Below the pieces are notes generated by a model. The model had not been told where the DNA came from, did no database searches, and was given only the letters and a program-made list of their open reading frames with translations. A stretch of DNA of 57,342 nucleotides, filler included, from Stramenopiles sp. TOSAG23-2 (taxonomy: Eukaryota): the NCBI GenBank assembly GCA_900128395.1. It is 3 parts of 3 records of this genome, joined end to end, with 100 filler letters (N's around TTAATTAATTAA, not from the genome) between each part and the next. Parts side by side here need not be neighbours in the genome. Positions count along the whole stretch, not along the records: positions 1 to 19,061 come from LT649591.1; 2 more parts are not named here. One strand, written 5' to 3'. Shown here in pieces: positions 1-11,560 of this stretch (positions within the stretch are counted from its first letter, which is position 1; each line of letters starts with the position of its first letter). The position numbers were made by a program, and so were the translations under genes.

Positions 1-4
1 TCAC

Positions 5-3000
5 TCACGCCAACCGTTTACTCAACCTCCACATATCTTTCGGTCTAAATTTATCATGCAATGGTTCTATTTTTTCTTTTCTTTTTGCTCTTGATAATTC
101 TTGTGGATTTGATACTTTATAAAAATCAGGTGCTAATTTTAATAGCCATTTCGCATCTACTATCATCACATTTCGCATATATTCCTTCGTGGTCATTACT
201 AATTCATGATATACAACCCATTCTGGATTCTTATTGAATAATGCACTGGATGGATGTAAATATACAGGTTGGCCTTCCACCATAGTTCGATAACCTTCTT
301 GTGGATGTCGCTTTGCACAATTTGTAAAATATCCACTAACAATCGCTTGGCAAACTTTTTTATAATCTTTTCCAGCAGATAAAATATTGAAGTGGTATCT
401 ATCCATAATTCCAACCAATTGCTTCCGTATATCTTGAGCTCGTTTCATAACTCGTTGTTGAATATAATTATCATGACACCATTGCGCAGAACATTTATTT
501 TTCTCCCATGCATCATATACTGCTAGTAACATAATATGATCACCTTCTGGTTGAAAGAACCGTGCTTTTTTTTGATCCGCAGCAGCTTGTTTTTCTTTTG
601 GCCGATAGAATACATTGTCAATCGATAACATCGAAACTACTGTTAACACTTCTTTGCTGCATGTTAACTCCACTGATTTAATTAAAATTTTAGATAATTG
701 TGGTTCCAATGGAAACTCTGCCATTTTACGTCCTAAACGAGTCAATAATCCTTCCGAACCTAATGCACCAAGTGCATGTAACATTCTCAACGCAGTTAAA
801 AGTGTTTCTGCAGGCGGTGGATCCATGAAATCAAAACTTAATAAATCAGTAATGCCCATAGCTTTCATGTTCAAAACAACGTTTCCAAGATTTGTACGTT
901 GTATTTCTGGTACTGGTGATGGTAGCATTTCATTTTTATATGCACTTTCCGTAAATAAACGATAGCATTTTCCAGGACCAGTTCTACCTGCTCTACCAGC
1001 ACGTTGCCGCGCAGATGCTTGGGAGCATGGCACTACTACTAACGAATCCATACTTGTTCTTGCATCGTATACTTTCTGTTTACAAAAACCAGGATCTACT
1101 ACATATAAAATTCCATCAATTGTTAATGATGCTTCTGCAATATTAGTTGCAACAACAACTTTTCTACTCCCTGGTGGAGCTGGTTCAAAAATTCTAGTTT
1201 GCATCTCTGACGGCAATGCACTGTAAACTGGTAAAATAATTAACTCAGGCACTTCATTCCCACTTTTTAATTGTTTCATGCGATTGTATAATGTTTCACA
1301 TGCTGTGTCGATTTCTTCTTGTCCTGTTAAAAATAATAAAATATCACCAGCTGGTTCCGTTAAATGTATTTGCATAACCGTTACCAACGATGCTTCTAAA
1401 TAATCTGTTTCAGGCTCTTTGGTATACATCACTTCTACAGGGAAAGTACGGCCTGGAATGGTAAAAATTGGACAGGAAAAGAAATAATTAGAAAATTTCT
1501 GTGCATCTAATGTAGCACTTGTAACAATTAAATGTAAATCTTTTCGTCTACGTAATAATTTTTTCAATAAACCAAATAAAACATCAGTATGAATTGTACG
1601 TTCATGTGCTTCATCCAACATGATGGCACTGTAACGTCTTAATGTATTATCCATCAAATATTCACGCATTAACATACCATCTGTCATATATTTAATACGA
1701 GTCTGTTTACTAGTACAATCATCAAAACGTATATTGTACCCAACTTCCTCACCAAGTCTACATCCATATTCCTCTGAAACCCGTTTTGCCACACTAATCG
1801 CAGCAACACGACGTGGTTGCGTACATCCAACAATACCACGTTTTGTAAACCCAATTTCACCTAAATATTGGGTCATTTGCGTTGTTTTTCCACTCCCAGT
1901 TTCGCCGATAACGACTAAAACTTGATTTGTTTTCATTGCCTGTAATAAATGTTTCTTTAAACGAAAAATTGGTAATGATTCTCGTTGCTCTTTCATTGAT
2001 TTCCCATGGTCATTAAAACCAAATGATACACCTTTGTAACGTGTTTGTGTTTTCCATTCTGGCATAGATAATTCACTTGTTAAACCTATTCCTCTTAATT
2101 CTGCAGCTAAATGTCGTTCTCCTGGATTTGCCATAGGATCATGCCAAGGTCGATTTAAATCTTTTGGTATACTATCTAATATTTCCTGTTCTTGGGCTTG
2201 TCTCGCCTCTCTCCTTTCCCTTGCAAATTCTTGTTGACTTTCAGCAGCTCTTTGCATACTGCCTTCTGGAACTTTAACAATTGGTGTTGGTTGATTGGAA
2301 GAGCCATGTAAAAGTGCAGTGTTTTTCATCATCATACCTTTGATAAAAGTTGGTTGCATATCATTTAATTCAACATCTATTTCCCCCTCTGTTTCTTCAT
2401 AGCCTAATACACCATGTTCTTCATCAAAATCTTCAAGATCTTCGATGCTAGTTACACCTGATCTTTTTAATTGTTCAATTTCCCATTTTTCATAATCTCC
2501 CATAGGTTGTTTTCGTCTTGATTTTTTATTGCTGCGACCATATTGATTGTTGTTGTTGTTCTGTTCACTGTTACTACTATTACCAAAATTTGGATCTAAT
2601 TCACGTTCACGTTTTGAACGGCGTTTGCCTAATGGAATTTGATTTGATGATGACGCGTTACGGTTTGGTTCATATCGTTTATTATTATTATTGTTATTAT
2701 TGTACATATTATTATTACTATCATTATTATTATTATAACTAGACGAAGATAATGAATTTGAATTTCTAGTCATTGTTGATGAGGATGAAAGGCTTGAATT
2801 TCCTGATCTGGTTGATTCAGCTTTTTGTGGTAATGATGGCGCACCATAACTCATTCGTATAGCTGAATTGGTGGCACTATGAGCTCCTTTACCTTGCGGT
2901 TTAGCAAAGTTATTATTATTATTTTTTTTTTTCACACAAATAATATTATACAATGAATCAAATAATACTTTTGGAAATTTTGCACCATTACTTTCTAAAT

Positions 3001-3148
3001 TCTTAGCAAATTTATCTTTATCCCACTTGCTTTCTTTCGCTAAATGTATTACAAATTCTGCTAAATTTTTATCGCCCATACCAATATGTTTTTCTAATTC
3101 TATACATATTTTTGAAACTAATGCAAGTTGTGCTAGTTGTTCTGCCAT
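5..3148 (-). CDS. PRP22: Pre-mRNA splicing DEAH-box RNA helicase PRP22/DHX8
   Basis: [25 protein letters not shown] and QRAGRAGR motifs. N-terminal '[23 protein letters not shown]' and 'EKWEIEQL' segments and C-terminal 'KIEPLHDKF....WRLSK' are typical of DHX8/Prp22. Single exon. Confidence 0.96.
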   Translation of the reverse strand: MAEQLAQLALVSKICIELEKHIGMGDKNLAEFVIHLAKESKWDKDKFAKNLESNGAKFPKVLFDSLYNIICVKKKNNNNNFAKPQGKGAHSATNSAIRMSYGAPSLPQKAESTRSGNSSLSSSSTMTRNSNSLSSSSYNNNNDSNNNMYNNNNNNNKRYEPNRNASSSNQIPLGKRRSKRERELDPNFGNSSNSEQNNNNNQYGRSNKKSRRKQPMGDYEKWEIEQLKRSGVTSIEDLEDFDEEHGVLGYEETEGEIDVELNDMQPTFIKGMMMKNTALLHGSSNQPTPIVKVPEGSMQRAAESQQEFARERREARQAQEQEILDSIPKDLNRPWHDPMANPGERHLAAELRGIGLTSELSMPEWKTQTRYKGVSFGFNDHGKSMKEQRESLPIFRLKKHLLQAMKTNQVLVVIGETGSGKTTQMTQYLGEIGFTKRGIVGCTQPRRVAAISVAKRVSEEYGCRLGEEVGYNIRFDDCTSKQTRIKYMTDGMLMREYLMDNTLRRYSAIMLDEAHERTIHTDVLFGLLKKLLRRRKDLHLIVTSATLDAQKFSNYFFSCPIFTIPGRTFPVEVMYTKEPETDYLEASLVTVMQIHLTEPAGDILLFLTGQEEIDTACETLYNRMKQLKSGNEVPELIILPVYSALPSEMQTRIFEPAPPGSRKVVVATNIAEASLTIDGILYVVDPGFCKQKVYDARTSMDSLVVVPCSQASARQRAGRAGRTGPGKCYRLFTESAYKNEMLPSPVPEIQRTNLGNVVLNMKAMGITDLLSFDFMDPPPAETLLTALRMLHALGALGSEGLLTRLGRKMAEFPLEPQLSKILIKSVELTCSKEVLTVVSMLSIDNVFYRPKEKQAAADQKKARFFQPEGDHIMLLAVYDAWEKNKCSAQWCHDNYIQQRVMKRAQDIRKQLVGIMDRYHFNILSAGKDYKKVCQAIVSGYFTNCAKRHPQEGYRTMVEGQPVYLHPSSALFNKNPEWVVYHELVMTTKEYMRNVMIVDAKWLLKLAPDFYKVSNPQELSRAKRKEKIEPLHDKFRPKDMWRLSKRLA

Positions 3149-3697
3149 TTTGTTTTTAATTTCTTAGCGGAACAAAAAATTGTTGATGTATTTGTTGAGA
3201 AATATATTAATGATATTCTTTGCAAAAATTCTTATATACAAAAAATATATATTTATAAAATGATGCTATGTTTCCTTTGTTTCTAAAATATCAATACAAT
3301 AATACAATACTTTATATCAATTGATCTGATGTATATATATATATATATCTGTTGGAGTCTTTGTAAATGTGATTTGCATTTTATTAAATTAGATATATAT
3401 CATAACATTATTTTTGTGATGATTGGTGAAGAAATTTGATATATTAGAATACGAAATACTATACTTATATAACCAAATATATAGCCCGCTTTTTTGGAAA
3501 GCAGGAGAGAAATAATAATAATAATAAAAATTTAAAATACATATATAGCTTACGCAACTGTGCAAATATCAAGGTGAGAAAATAATTCTTTCGTATTTCG
3601 TAAAAATAATAAATGCTTTCTTCTTCTACGTATTTATGTGCGTCTAAGACCCATTTTCTCTCTTCTTGATTTAAAATCAAAGAATAATATTAACTAA

Positions 3698-4975
3698 TTA
3701 ATTCTTCTTTAATTGTTCTTTAGCATATGTATCAATCATTACATCCAATGAATTCATTCGTGACCAATTTTGAAATCCACCCCATGAAATTAAACCATCG
3801 TTATTACTATCTAATTCCTTCATCAATTTGTTTAAAATTACATCAACACCATCTTGACGTCGGAAAACATAGCCACCTTGTTCACGGCCTTGTACTAAAT
3901 GCTTACGAATGTAACGTTCCATTTCAGCTTTATCAATGACACCATCCTTTGATGTATCAATACCATCAAAGACTTTTGACTGTGCTTCTTGCCTTTCATT
4001 GTGTGCTGCAAGAACTGTTCCTACCATTTCATCAAGGCCAACCGTAGGTTCATAACCCAGGTCCCTTAATGGTTCGTCCGTAGACAAATCATCTGGCCAT
4101 AAATTGGCAAATTTGTTCATATTACTATCTAAATCCACAGTTACTTCAAAATCAGGATAATGTTTTCTTATCTCTGCAAACAAATCATTTGCAGTGAATG
4201 AAAGACCTGGCATGCAATATCCACGTTCAGGTTCTTTTAAAAGACCTTCATCTGCATTTTGAAGCGAAATTAGACCACGCATAAGGTCATCTACAAAAAT
4301 CATTGGCAACATAACATCCAGGTCAACTGGGCATACATATGGTTGACCCCTAGATGCAGCCATTAATGCATCTAGCGCATACTCTGTCGTGCCGTTTCCC
4401 CAAATTGATTCACTATGTAACACACCAGGCAAAACGGCAAAACGTGGATCACCACCTGACGTTTCAGCAAATGTTTTCATCAACTCGCGACAACCACGTT
4501 TTTGTAGCCCATAATCTGAGCCAGGATCTTGAGTTGGATTTTCCGTCAACCAACGTGCAGTTGCACCAGAGCGTGGTGCAGTGGCCCCAAAGGAACCGAT
4601 CGAATCTGTGAAGCAGATACGACGAGCCCCGACTTCACCCATGGCCTCTATGACGTTGCTCATCCCACCAATCGTCACGGCTTCAGCAATTGCAGGATCC
4701 ATTGCTGTCTCGACAGATAACGGTGCAGCTAAATTCCATACCGTTGTATTCTCATCTGCATATTTACGAAATAAATCTTTAAGTGCATCTTTATCCCTAA
4801 CATCAACATTTCCAACAGCAACTGAATCAGATCCAAGTGATCGCGTAATACTTCCTGGCATATGTTCCATACGATCTGATGCAATAACTCGCCTACCATG
4901 CTTGGAAAGCGCATCACATAAACGTTTTCCAATTGCACCAGCAGCACCAATAATTAAAGTAGTATTATTGGACAT
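3698..4975 (-). CDS. L-threonine 3-dehydrogenase-like extended SDR with C-terminal EF-hand pair
   Basis: GAAGAIG Rossmann motif, YGLQK (YxxxK) and 'GNGTTEYA' (cf. TDH PGGGTTDYA). C-terminal loops DTSKDGVIDKAE and DSNNDGLISWGG. Confidence 0.8.
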   Translation of the reverse strand: MSNNTTLIIGAAGAIGKRLCDALSKHGRRVIASDRMEHMPGSITRSLGSDSVAVGNVDVRDKDALKDLFRKYADENTTVWNLAAPLSVETAMDPAIAEAVTIGGMSNVIEAMGEVGARRICFTDSIGSFGATAPRSGATARWLTENPTQDPGSDYGLQKRGCRELMKTFAETSGGDPRFAVLPGVLHSESIWGNGTTEYALDALMAASRGQPYVCPVDLDVMLPMIFVDDLMRGLISLQNADEGLLKEPERGYCMPGLSFTANDLFAEIRKHYPDFEVTVDLDSNMNKFANLWPDDLSTDEPLRDLGYEPTVGLDEMVGTVLAAHNERQEAQSKVFDGIDTSKDGVIDKAEMERYIRKHLVQGREQGGYVFRRQDGVDVILNKLMKELDSNNDGLISWGGFQNWSRMNSLDVMIDTYAKEQLKKN

Positions 4976-5648
4976 TTTCCCCCTCTTTTTAATCGAAACT
5001 TTATATATGTCGTAAAATTATTCTCACTTACAAGTATTCCAAGAAGAAAAAAGATGCATATATCTATATCTATATAACAAACAATTCTCTTATATGAGTG
5101 CTAATAAATATTTCCTCTTATTTCTTGTTCTATATATTATATTTCGTTTCAGAATGTATCATCCAGCACACCCACTGTACCATATTTTTAAATTGCACAG
5201 GAGGTTCAAATATTTATTATTACGTATTAATTTTGTATAAATGATGATGATGAAATAATAATAATAATAATAATAAAGAAGAAAGTAAATTGCTACAATT
5301 ATTCGGGAGAGAAGCTTCTTTCTATTTTTTGTTAAACTTCAAGCCCGGAAAGGAACAAACATCTTTTCCCATAATGATTAGTTTTAAATGGATTTTGAAA
5401 TGCTTATGGCTATAGGAATAGCATGCTAATGCATTCACGAAGTTTAAGGGAATTTACCCACCGACTAATATAAGCCCAAAACGATCAAGAGTTCTATATA
5501 TACCTTTCTTTTTGTTTCAAAAAAAATGGAACAGCTGGTAGAACAAATATTAATAAATCTCTTTCCAATGATACAATGACCACCTCATTGCACCTTGGAT
5601 TCCTTGAAAAGACATTAAAAGGAACACAGGGGGACGCCACTGTTGGAA

Positions 5649-8207
5649 ATGTATAATAATGATAACACGGGAATTATCAGATTTGGTTGGAATGGTATGA
5701 ACCAAATTTCATCAAAGGAAGAGGAAGTTATACCACCATCTACCTTTTCAGAAATTGCACACCATAAAATTAGAGATGTTGCATTAGGAAGTATGACAAC
5801 TATTTTTGTTACAAAGCAAGGCTTGTTAATTGGGTGTGGATCAGATTTAAATGGAATATTACTTGGAAATGGAAAAATTGATAAAGAAAAGAAAGTAAAA
5901 GTTCCAATACAATTGAAATTAAAATTTAAAGTATTAAAATGTTTTTGTGGTGCTACACATATTGGAGCGATTGATTTTTTTCGAAATTTACATACTTGGG
6001 GTTGTAATGAATTTGGACAATTAGGGAGACTTATAGATGTAGACAATAAAATTGAATACGAACCAGAAATATGCATAAAGGATGCCCCTGTAAAGCAAAT
6101 AGCTTTAGGATTTTCACATACAATTATATTATTAGAAGAAGGTAAAGTGATGGTATGTGGTGATGGAAAAAAAGGACAACTAGGATTAGGTATGGAAAAA
6201 GTTTTATCACATGAAAACCAAAAATGGATCGAACAATATATTTCAACCTATCAACCAACATTTATGAAAGATTTTGAACATTTAGATATTGTTTCTATTG
6301 CAGCGGGTGATTACCATTCCATTTTTTTAGATGCGCAAGGTTTTGTATATAGTTGTGGTGATAATACATATGGAAGATTAGGATTTGCAAGTAAAACATT
6401 TGTTTGCAAACCCAAAAAATTAACCGTTTTTGGTTCGAAAAAACATCGTAAAGTAATAATAGATAAAAATGATGACAACGATGAAGCTAAAAAGAATGCC
6501 AATGATAATAATGATGATAAAAAACAAAAAGATGTAAATAATAATAATAATAATAATGTCAATAACGATGATAAAAAAGAGGAGGATGTAGTTACTGAAT
6601 CATATACTTTAAAAGCTATGCGAATTGGTAGCGGAGGGGCATCGAATTATGCAATTGCTAATGATAATAATGTATATACGTGGGGCTTTAATTCACGTGG
6701 TCAACTAGGACAAGGCACGTTTAATGATTGTATGTTGCCAACACCATTACAATGCTTTGGCAATAATACTGAAATAATCATAATAGATATAGCTATGGGT
6801 GAGGATCATACAATTTTTTTATCAGATACTGGAAACTTGTACGCTTGTGGATTAGGATCTAGTGGAAGATTAGGTATTGCATTAAATAATACAAATGGCA
6901 ATATTTATAGTAATAATAATAATAATAATGCTATTAATGAAGAGTCTTTCAATATTCCATTTTTGATTCCTGATCTACCATTTAATGGCGATATGTTAAC
7001 CAAAATTTGTTGTGGTGGCGCGCATTTTGTTGGAGTTCACATAATTGAAGATCAGGAAGGATTTGTGAAACGAATGAGAAAACAAATAGCAGAATCTGAA
7101 ATTGCAGAAAAAAAGCGATTAGCAATTATAAATCATGAAAAAGAACTTTTAAGGCAAAAGAAGGAAGCCGAGGTAAAAGAAAAAGAAACTGCAAGAATGT
7201 TTAAAGACATGAAAGAAGAGTTTGATCGAGCTAGAAAAGAAATGGAAGCAAAAAAGAACTTGGAGGAACGTCAAAGATTAGAAGCTATAGAAAAAAAGAA
7301 AAGGGAAGAAGAGGAGGAGGAGAAAAAGAGACAGATTGAACGAGAAAAAATATTGATGGAAAAAAAACGATTAGCACAAGAAAAAAGAGAAGCTGAAGAG
7401 TTAGCAAAACGGCAACGAGAATTAAAACGTAAGGAAGAGGAGAAAGCTAAAGCTCTTGCTGAACAAATGCGAAAAGAAAAAGAAGATGAAGATAAACGAC
7501 TGAAGGAGAAGGAGGAGCATCTTGCAAAATTAAAAGAGGAGCAAGAGCGAAAAATGCAAATAAAGTTGGAACAAGAACGAATGGAAAAAGAAAGACAGGA
7601 TATAGAGCGAAAGGAGCACGTCGAAAAACTTGTTTCCGAAGCAGTGGTAACAGCAGTGGATACAGAGCTTGAACGGGCTGAACAATTTAAAGTCAAACAG
7701 TATAAACTTGAACAAGAAGAATTGGAACGCAAAGCGAGAGAAGAAGAACAGGAAAAGGAAGCGGCAAGAATAGCTGCTGCTAAGCAATTAGAGCTTCAAC
7801 AAAAGAAAATAGAAGAAGAACTAAAATTTAAAATGGAGCAAGTTAATTTGAAAAAAGCTGAAGAACAAGAAGAAGCAAAGAAAAAACTTCAAAAATTGAG
7901 TGCAGAAAAAGTTGAAGTAATAGTTAAAAAACAAAGTTCTGAAAATAATAATGGTGAAAAAGCAAATATTAATGAAGAACAAGAAATTCTTTCCAATTTA
8001 AAATCAAAAGTGGATGATGCTTCGCAATTCACAATATCAAAAAATAATGCAAAAAATGCAGGAAAGATGAAATATCAAAAAGGTCATACTAATAATAATA
8101 CCAATAGTAATGGGAACAAAAACAAAAAAGAGAAAGAAAAAAATAAAAAAACCAGTAAAGATGACAATAAATCGAATGAAATAAAAACATTTGAATGGAT
8201 TGGGTGA
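5649..8207 (+). CDS. RCC1-repeat protein with long Glu/Lys-rich coiled-coil C-terminus
   Basis: Repeated RCC1 motifs (TWGCNEFGQLG, SCGDNTYGRLG, TWGFNSRGQLG, IAAGDYHS, IAMGEDHT) followed by ~350 aa of charged helix. First ATG is at 5649. Confidence 0.88.
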   Translation: MYNNDNTGIIRFGWNGMNQISSKEEEVIPPSTFSEIAHHKIRDVALGSMTTIFVTKQGLLIGCGSDLNGILLGNGKIDKEKKVKVPIQLKLKFKVLKCFCGATHIGAIDFFRNLHTWGCNEFGQLGRLIDVDNKIEYEPEICIKDAPVKQIALGFSHTIILLEEGKVMVCGDGKKGQLGLGMEKVLSHENQKWIEQYISTYQPTFMKDFEHLDIVSIAAGDYHSIFLDAQGFVYSCGDNTYGRLGFASKTFVCKPKKLTVFGSKKHRKVIIDKNDDNDEAKKNANDNNDDKKQKDVNNNNNNNVNNDDKKEEDVVTESYTLKAMRIGSGGASNYAIANDNNVYTWGFNSRGQLGQGTFNDCMLPTPLQCFGNNTEIIIIDIAMGEDHTIFLSDTGNLYACGLGSSGRLGIALNNTNGNIYSNNNNNNAINEESFNIPFLIPDLPFNGDMLTKICCGGAHFVGVHIIEDQEGFVKRMRKQIAESEIAEKKRLAIINHEKELLRQKKEAEVKEKETARMFKDMKEEFDRARKEMEAKKNLEERQRLEAIEKKKREEEEEEKKRQIEREKILMEKKRLAQEKREAEELAKRQRELKRKEEEKAKALAEQMRKEKEDEDKRLKEKEEHLAKLKEEQERKMQIKLEQERMEKERQDIERKEHVEKLVSEAVVTAVDTELERAEQFKVKQYKLEQEELERKAREEEQEKEAARIAAAKQLELQQKKIEEELKFKMEQVNLKKAEEQEEAKKKLQKLSAEKVEVIVKKQSSENNNGEKANINEEQEILSNLKSKVDDASQFTISKNNAKNAGKMKYQKGHTNNNTNSNGNKNKKEKEKNKKTSKDDNKSNEIKTFEWIG

Positions 8208-8532
8208 TAAAATGCATAATAATTTAAAAAGAAAATAAGTTAGCTTTCATTATATTTTCGTGTTTATAAAAATGATAGGACATAAAAATATCTCGTGCTC
8301 TTTTTTTTTCGTATCATACGACGTATATATTTAACTATTAAAACACTACGAAGTGTATGATATCATATGTGTGTATGAGATACACATTTACGAGTGTAAT
8401 ATATGAGCTCCGGAGCTCGTATATATAATATATAAATTTTATCAAGATTTATAAAAACATTAAAAATGTAATATTGCAAACCCCTCTTTTATTATTATTA
8501 TACGAGTACTATGATACACACGAAACCCCTTG

Positions 8533-10731
8533 TTACCTTTGTCCATTGCTCAATTTTTCACCAGACACCATTAAAACATTTCGTTGTGTAAATCTACATT
8601 TTAATACGTTCGTATTTCTAGTTTGATATGTTTTTAAATGCGGTTCAAAATCAGCAGCTTTGCGCGTCGTTTGCTTTTGTACAAGCGCTGCATCCCATAA
8701 ACGTAATCTACCATCACCACTAGCACTAGATAATATAGTCCCATCGACGCTATAATCTAATGACCATACATTTTTATTGATGGAATCACTAGGTTGTGTC
8801 CATTCTAACGTAGAAGATTTAACCCCTTTCTTTATACTCCAAATATTTATTGTATTGTCATTACCAGCACTTGCAATAAACTCCCCATTTGGAGAAAATG
8901 CTAATGCATTAATTGGACCATCATGACCTTCAAACAATCTCACTTGCTTTGCGTCGCGGCAATCCCATAAACGAACAGTAGAATCACTAGATCCAGTACC
9001 AACTAATAAACTATTTGGATGAAACTTGACAGTTTCAACATCACTCCTATGACCGTGAAAATGGCGGACTGGGACGGTTCGTTCCATTGTCCACATGTAT
9101 CCTAAGTTATCATGGGAGCCAGAAACAAAGAAATATCCATACGGTCCAAAATCTACATCCCATGCTGGGCAGAAATTTTCCGTACCAAGCATAAATGTGA
9201 CTGCTGTAGTTTGTGTTTTCACATCCCACAATTTTATTTTACTATCCAGCGATGATGTTAAGAGCAATTTATTATCTGGTGCAATTGAACATGCTGTTAC
9301 TGCCATTGTATGACCAACTAAACGTGCATATGCTTCATCCGGTTGGCCTTTTGATATCGCAACATTGCTACGATTGTAATTAATGGAATTTTGATTGTTC
9401 CATACACCATATTCTTTCCCAATATTTTTTTCTCCATCTAAACGCCATAAACGCGCAACATTGTCGGAATAACCCCCTGCAATGACAGTGCCATCGGAAC
9501 TGACATCCATGCTCGTAAGTGAATCTCCACTATTTAACATGGTAAAACATGCAATGGATGGTAATGTTGGATCATCTTTTCCAGTAAAGCTGTAATGTTT
9601 TGTACCGCCCCTCGGCTTGTTCTTTCGATCTGCCATGTATCCCAAATGACACATTTTCTTCACGTCTTCCTCCATTGCTCTTCTAGTTATCGCATCATCT
9701 CGTGTATATAACTTTTCAATAATGTCACTTTTCCAATCTCCAGATTTTTTAATGTTTTTATCTTTTCTCTCCATATAATCTGGCATGTTTTCATCTGCAC
9801 TACTCAAAGCGCCGATCCAAACAACTTCTTCTTCATACTTCGCATTCCTTATTTCATAATCTTTTACTTTATTTTCCAATTTTGTTTTTTCTCGTTTACC
9901 CATCTTCTTCTTACTGTCTTGATCTTTTTGAAGTTGGTTCTTAACTCTTAGAAGATCTTGTATATAAGTTTTTTCAAGACGTCTTTTACGTTTTTGTCGT
10001 ACTCCCCATTTAACTTGCGATTGGTTAAAAATTGGCACTCGCTGTTGATTACCACCACGCGCACCATATTTCGAATATATGTTATCATCAATCGATGAGT
10101 CAGTTACATTGATGTTTATCTTTTGATTTACGGCTGCTAATACTAACCATAAATTGTTATCTTGTAAAAAGGATACCAATATATTAAATGCAAATGTACT
10201 CATTCTAATATTGACTTTTGAAAAATATTGTATAGAGACAGGCAACTTTTCATCATCCATAACTTGTTCTTTGGAATTAATCATAGCTAAGCTATTTAAA
10301 TCTTCAGCAAACTTTGAATCAAATACATCACGATGTGTATCCAACAATTGTCGTGCTTCTGTTACGCAATCTAATTTACACAATGCTATATAAAAATGTG
10401 AAAATACAGGAAATAATACTTGAAACAAATCAGATTTATACATATCTAAAGATTGTCGTACCCATTCATATAATTCTTTATAACTTTGCAATATATCTTC
10501 AACAGAAGCATCTCTGATAGATGTAGGTGCATCTTTTGGTGGTGGTGGTTCCTCGTCACTAATTGCATTATTATTTTCATCGAATACTTTTGCTTTTCTA
10601 GATGGATCAAGCTTATCCGCAACATCTGTAAACCCTTTATGATGTAATAAATCTGCAAGGACTGCATCTAAAACCTGACCTGACGAAGTTTTCTTTTTTT
10701 TCGACGTAGTAGTTGTTCTTGATGATGACAT
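8533..10731 (-). CDS. TAF5: Transcription initiation factor TFIID subunit 5
   Basis: LisH-like start, TAF5 NTD2 (YKELYEWVRQSLDMYKSDLFQVLFPVFSHFY), 'LPSIACFTMLN', then WD40 repeats (GHRSDVETVKFHPNS..GTGSSDSTVRLWD). Confidence 0.93.
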   Translation of the reverse strand: MSSSRTTTTSKKKKTSSGQVLDAVLADLLHHKGFTDVADKLDPSRKAKVFDENNNAISDEEPPPPKDAPTSIRDASVEDILQSYKELYEWVRQSLDMYKSDLFQVLFPVFSHFYIALCKLDCVTEARQLLDTHRDVFDSKFAEDLNSLAMINSKEQVMDDEKLPVSIQYFSKVNIRMSTFAFNILVSFLQDNNLWLVLAAVNQKININVTDSSIDDNIYSKYGARGGNQQRVPIFNQSQVKWGVRQKRKRRLEKTYIQDLLRVKNQLQKDQDSKKKMGKREKTKLENKVKDYEIRNAKYEEEVVWIGALSSADENMPDYMERKDKNIKKSGDWKSDIIEKLYTRDDAITRRAMEEDVKKMCHLGYMADRKNKPRGGTKHYSFTGKDDPTLPSIACFTMLNSGDSLTSMDVSSDGTVIAGGYSDNVARLWRLDGEKNIGKEYGVWNNQNSINYNRSNVAISKGQPDEAYARLVGHTMAVTACSIAPDNKLLLTSSLDSKIKLWDVKTQTTAVTFMLGTENFCPAWDVDFGPYGYFFVSGSHDNLGYMWTMERTVPVRHFHGHRSDVETVKFHPNSLLVGTGSSDSTVRLWDCRDAKQVRLFEGHDGPINALAFSPNGEFIASAGNDNTINIWSIKKGVKSSTLEWTQPSDSINKNVWSLDYSVDGTILSSASGDGRLRLWDAALVQKQTTRKAADFEPHLKTYQTRNTNVLKCRFTQRNVLMVSGEKLSNGQR

Positions 10732-11560
10732 AGTTATGTATGTATATATATATATATCAAAAACTTGTTTTTATATATTATTATTGTACATTAACAAGGA
10801 ATCAATTACTTAATTCCTTGTCGAAATTAAATAAATCTTTTGATCACACGTACGTATCTCTCTTCGTATTGTTCTACTGTCGTCGACCATCTAAATTATT
10901 TGTAATTTTTTTTCTTCGGACCACCATCAATTCATTATTTTTTTTGTTGATGAAAGTTAAAAAAGTGCCGCTTTCCTGGCTTTCCCATCCAGGTTTTCCA
11001 GCTTTCCAGGCTTTCCAGGCTTTCCCTGGCCGGCCTTGGGCTGGAGCTATAGCTCCTATATATATTACTTACAGACTAGTAAAACTTAAACTAAGTATAA
11101 TAGTACGTATATAGCCTCGTTTAGTAATTGGTCGTCTATAGGTGTTTTGCGGTTTGCCTGTTTGCCTGGTTTTTGTTGTGGTTTTTTGCATACGTAATTG
11201 GGTTAGTACGTAAATAGCACTAATCCATATTAATGAAATTAATGTCATAATCAATCCATCACATACCGCAGCGTATAGTTAAAAGTGGAAAAGTGCGCAA
11301 CAAAAAAACACAAAAATGAATTAGATACTGTATATATATATTTGGATATATATATACATTAATAGCTAATATTCATACTACATTGATTCATTTAATTAGA
11401 TCGAAACACGGATTAGAAATAAAAGGAAGAAACTAAAGATCTATATTAAAGGACGAAATTAGAAACTAAAAAGTGAAACAGACAACAGAATTAGTTATAG
11501 TTTAATTTTAAGATATATATATATATATTAGTAGATATAGTACGTAGATATTATTAGTCT

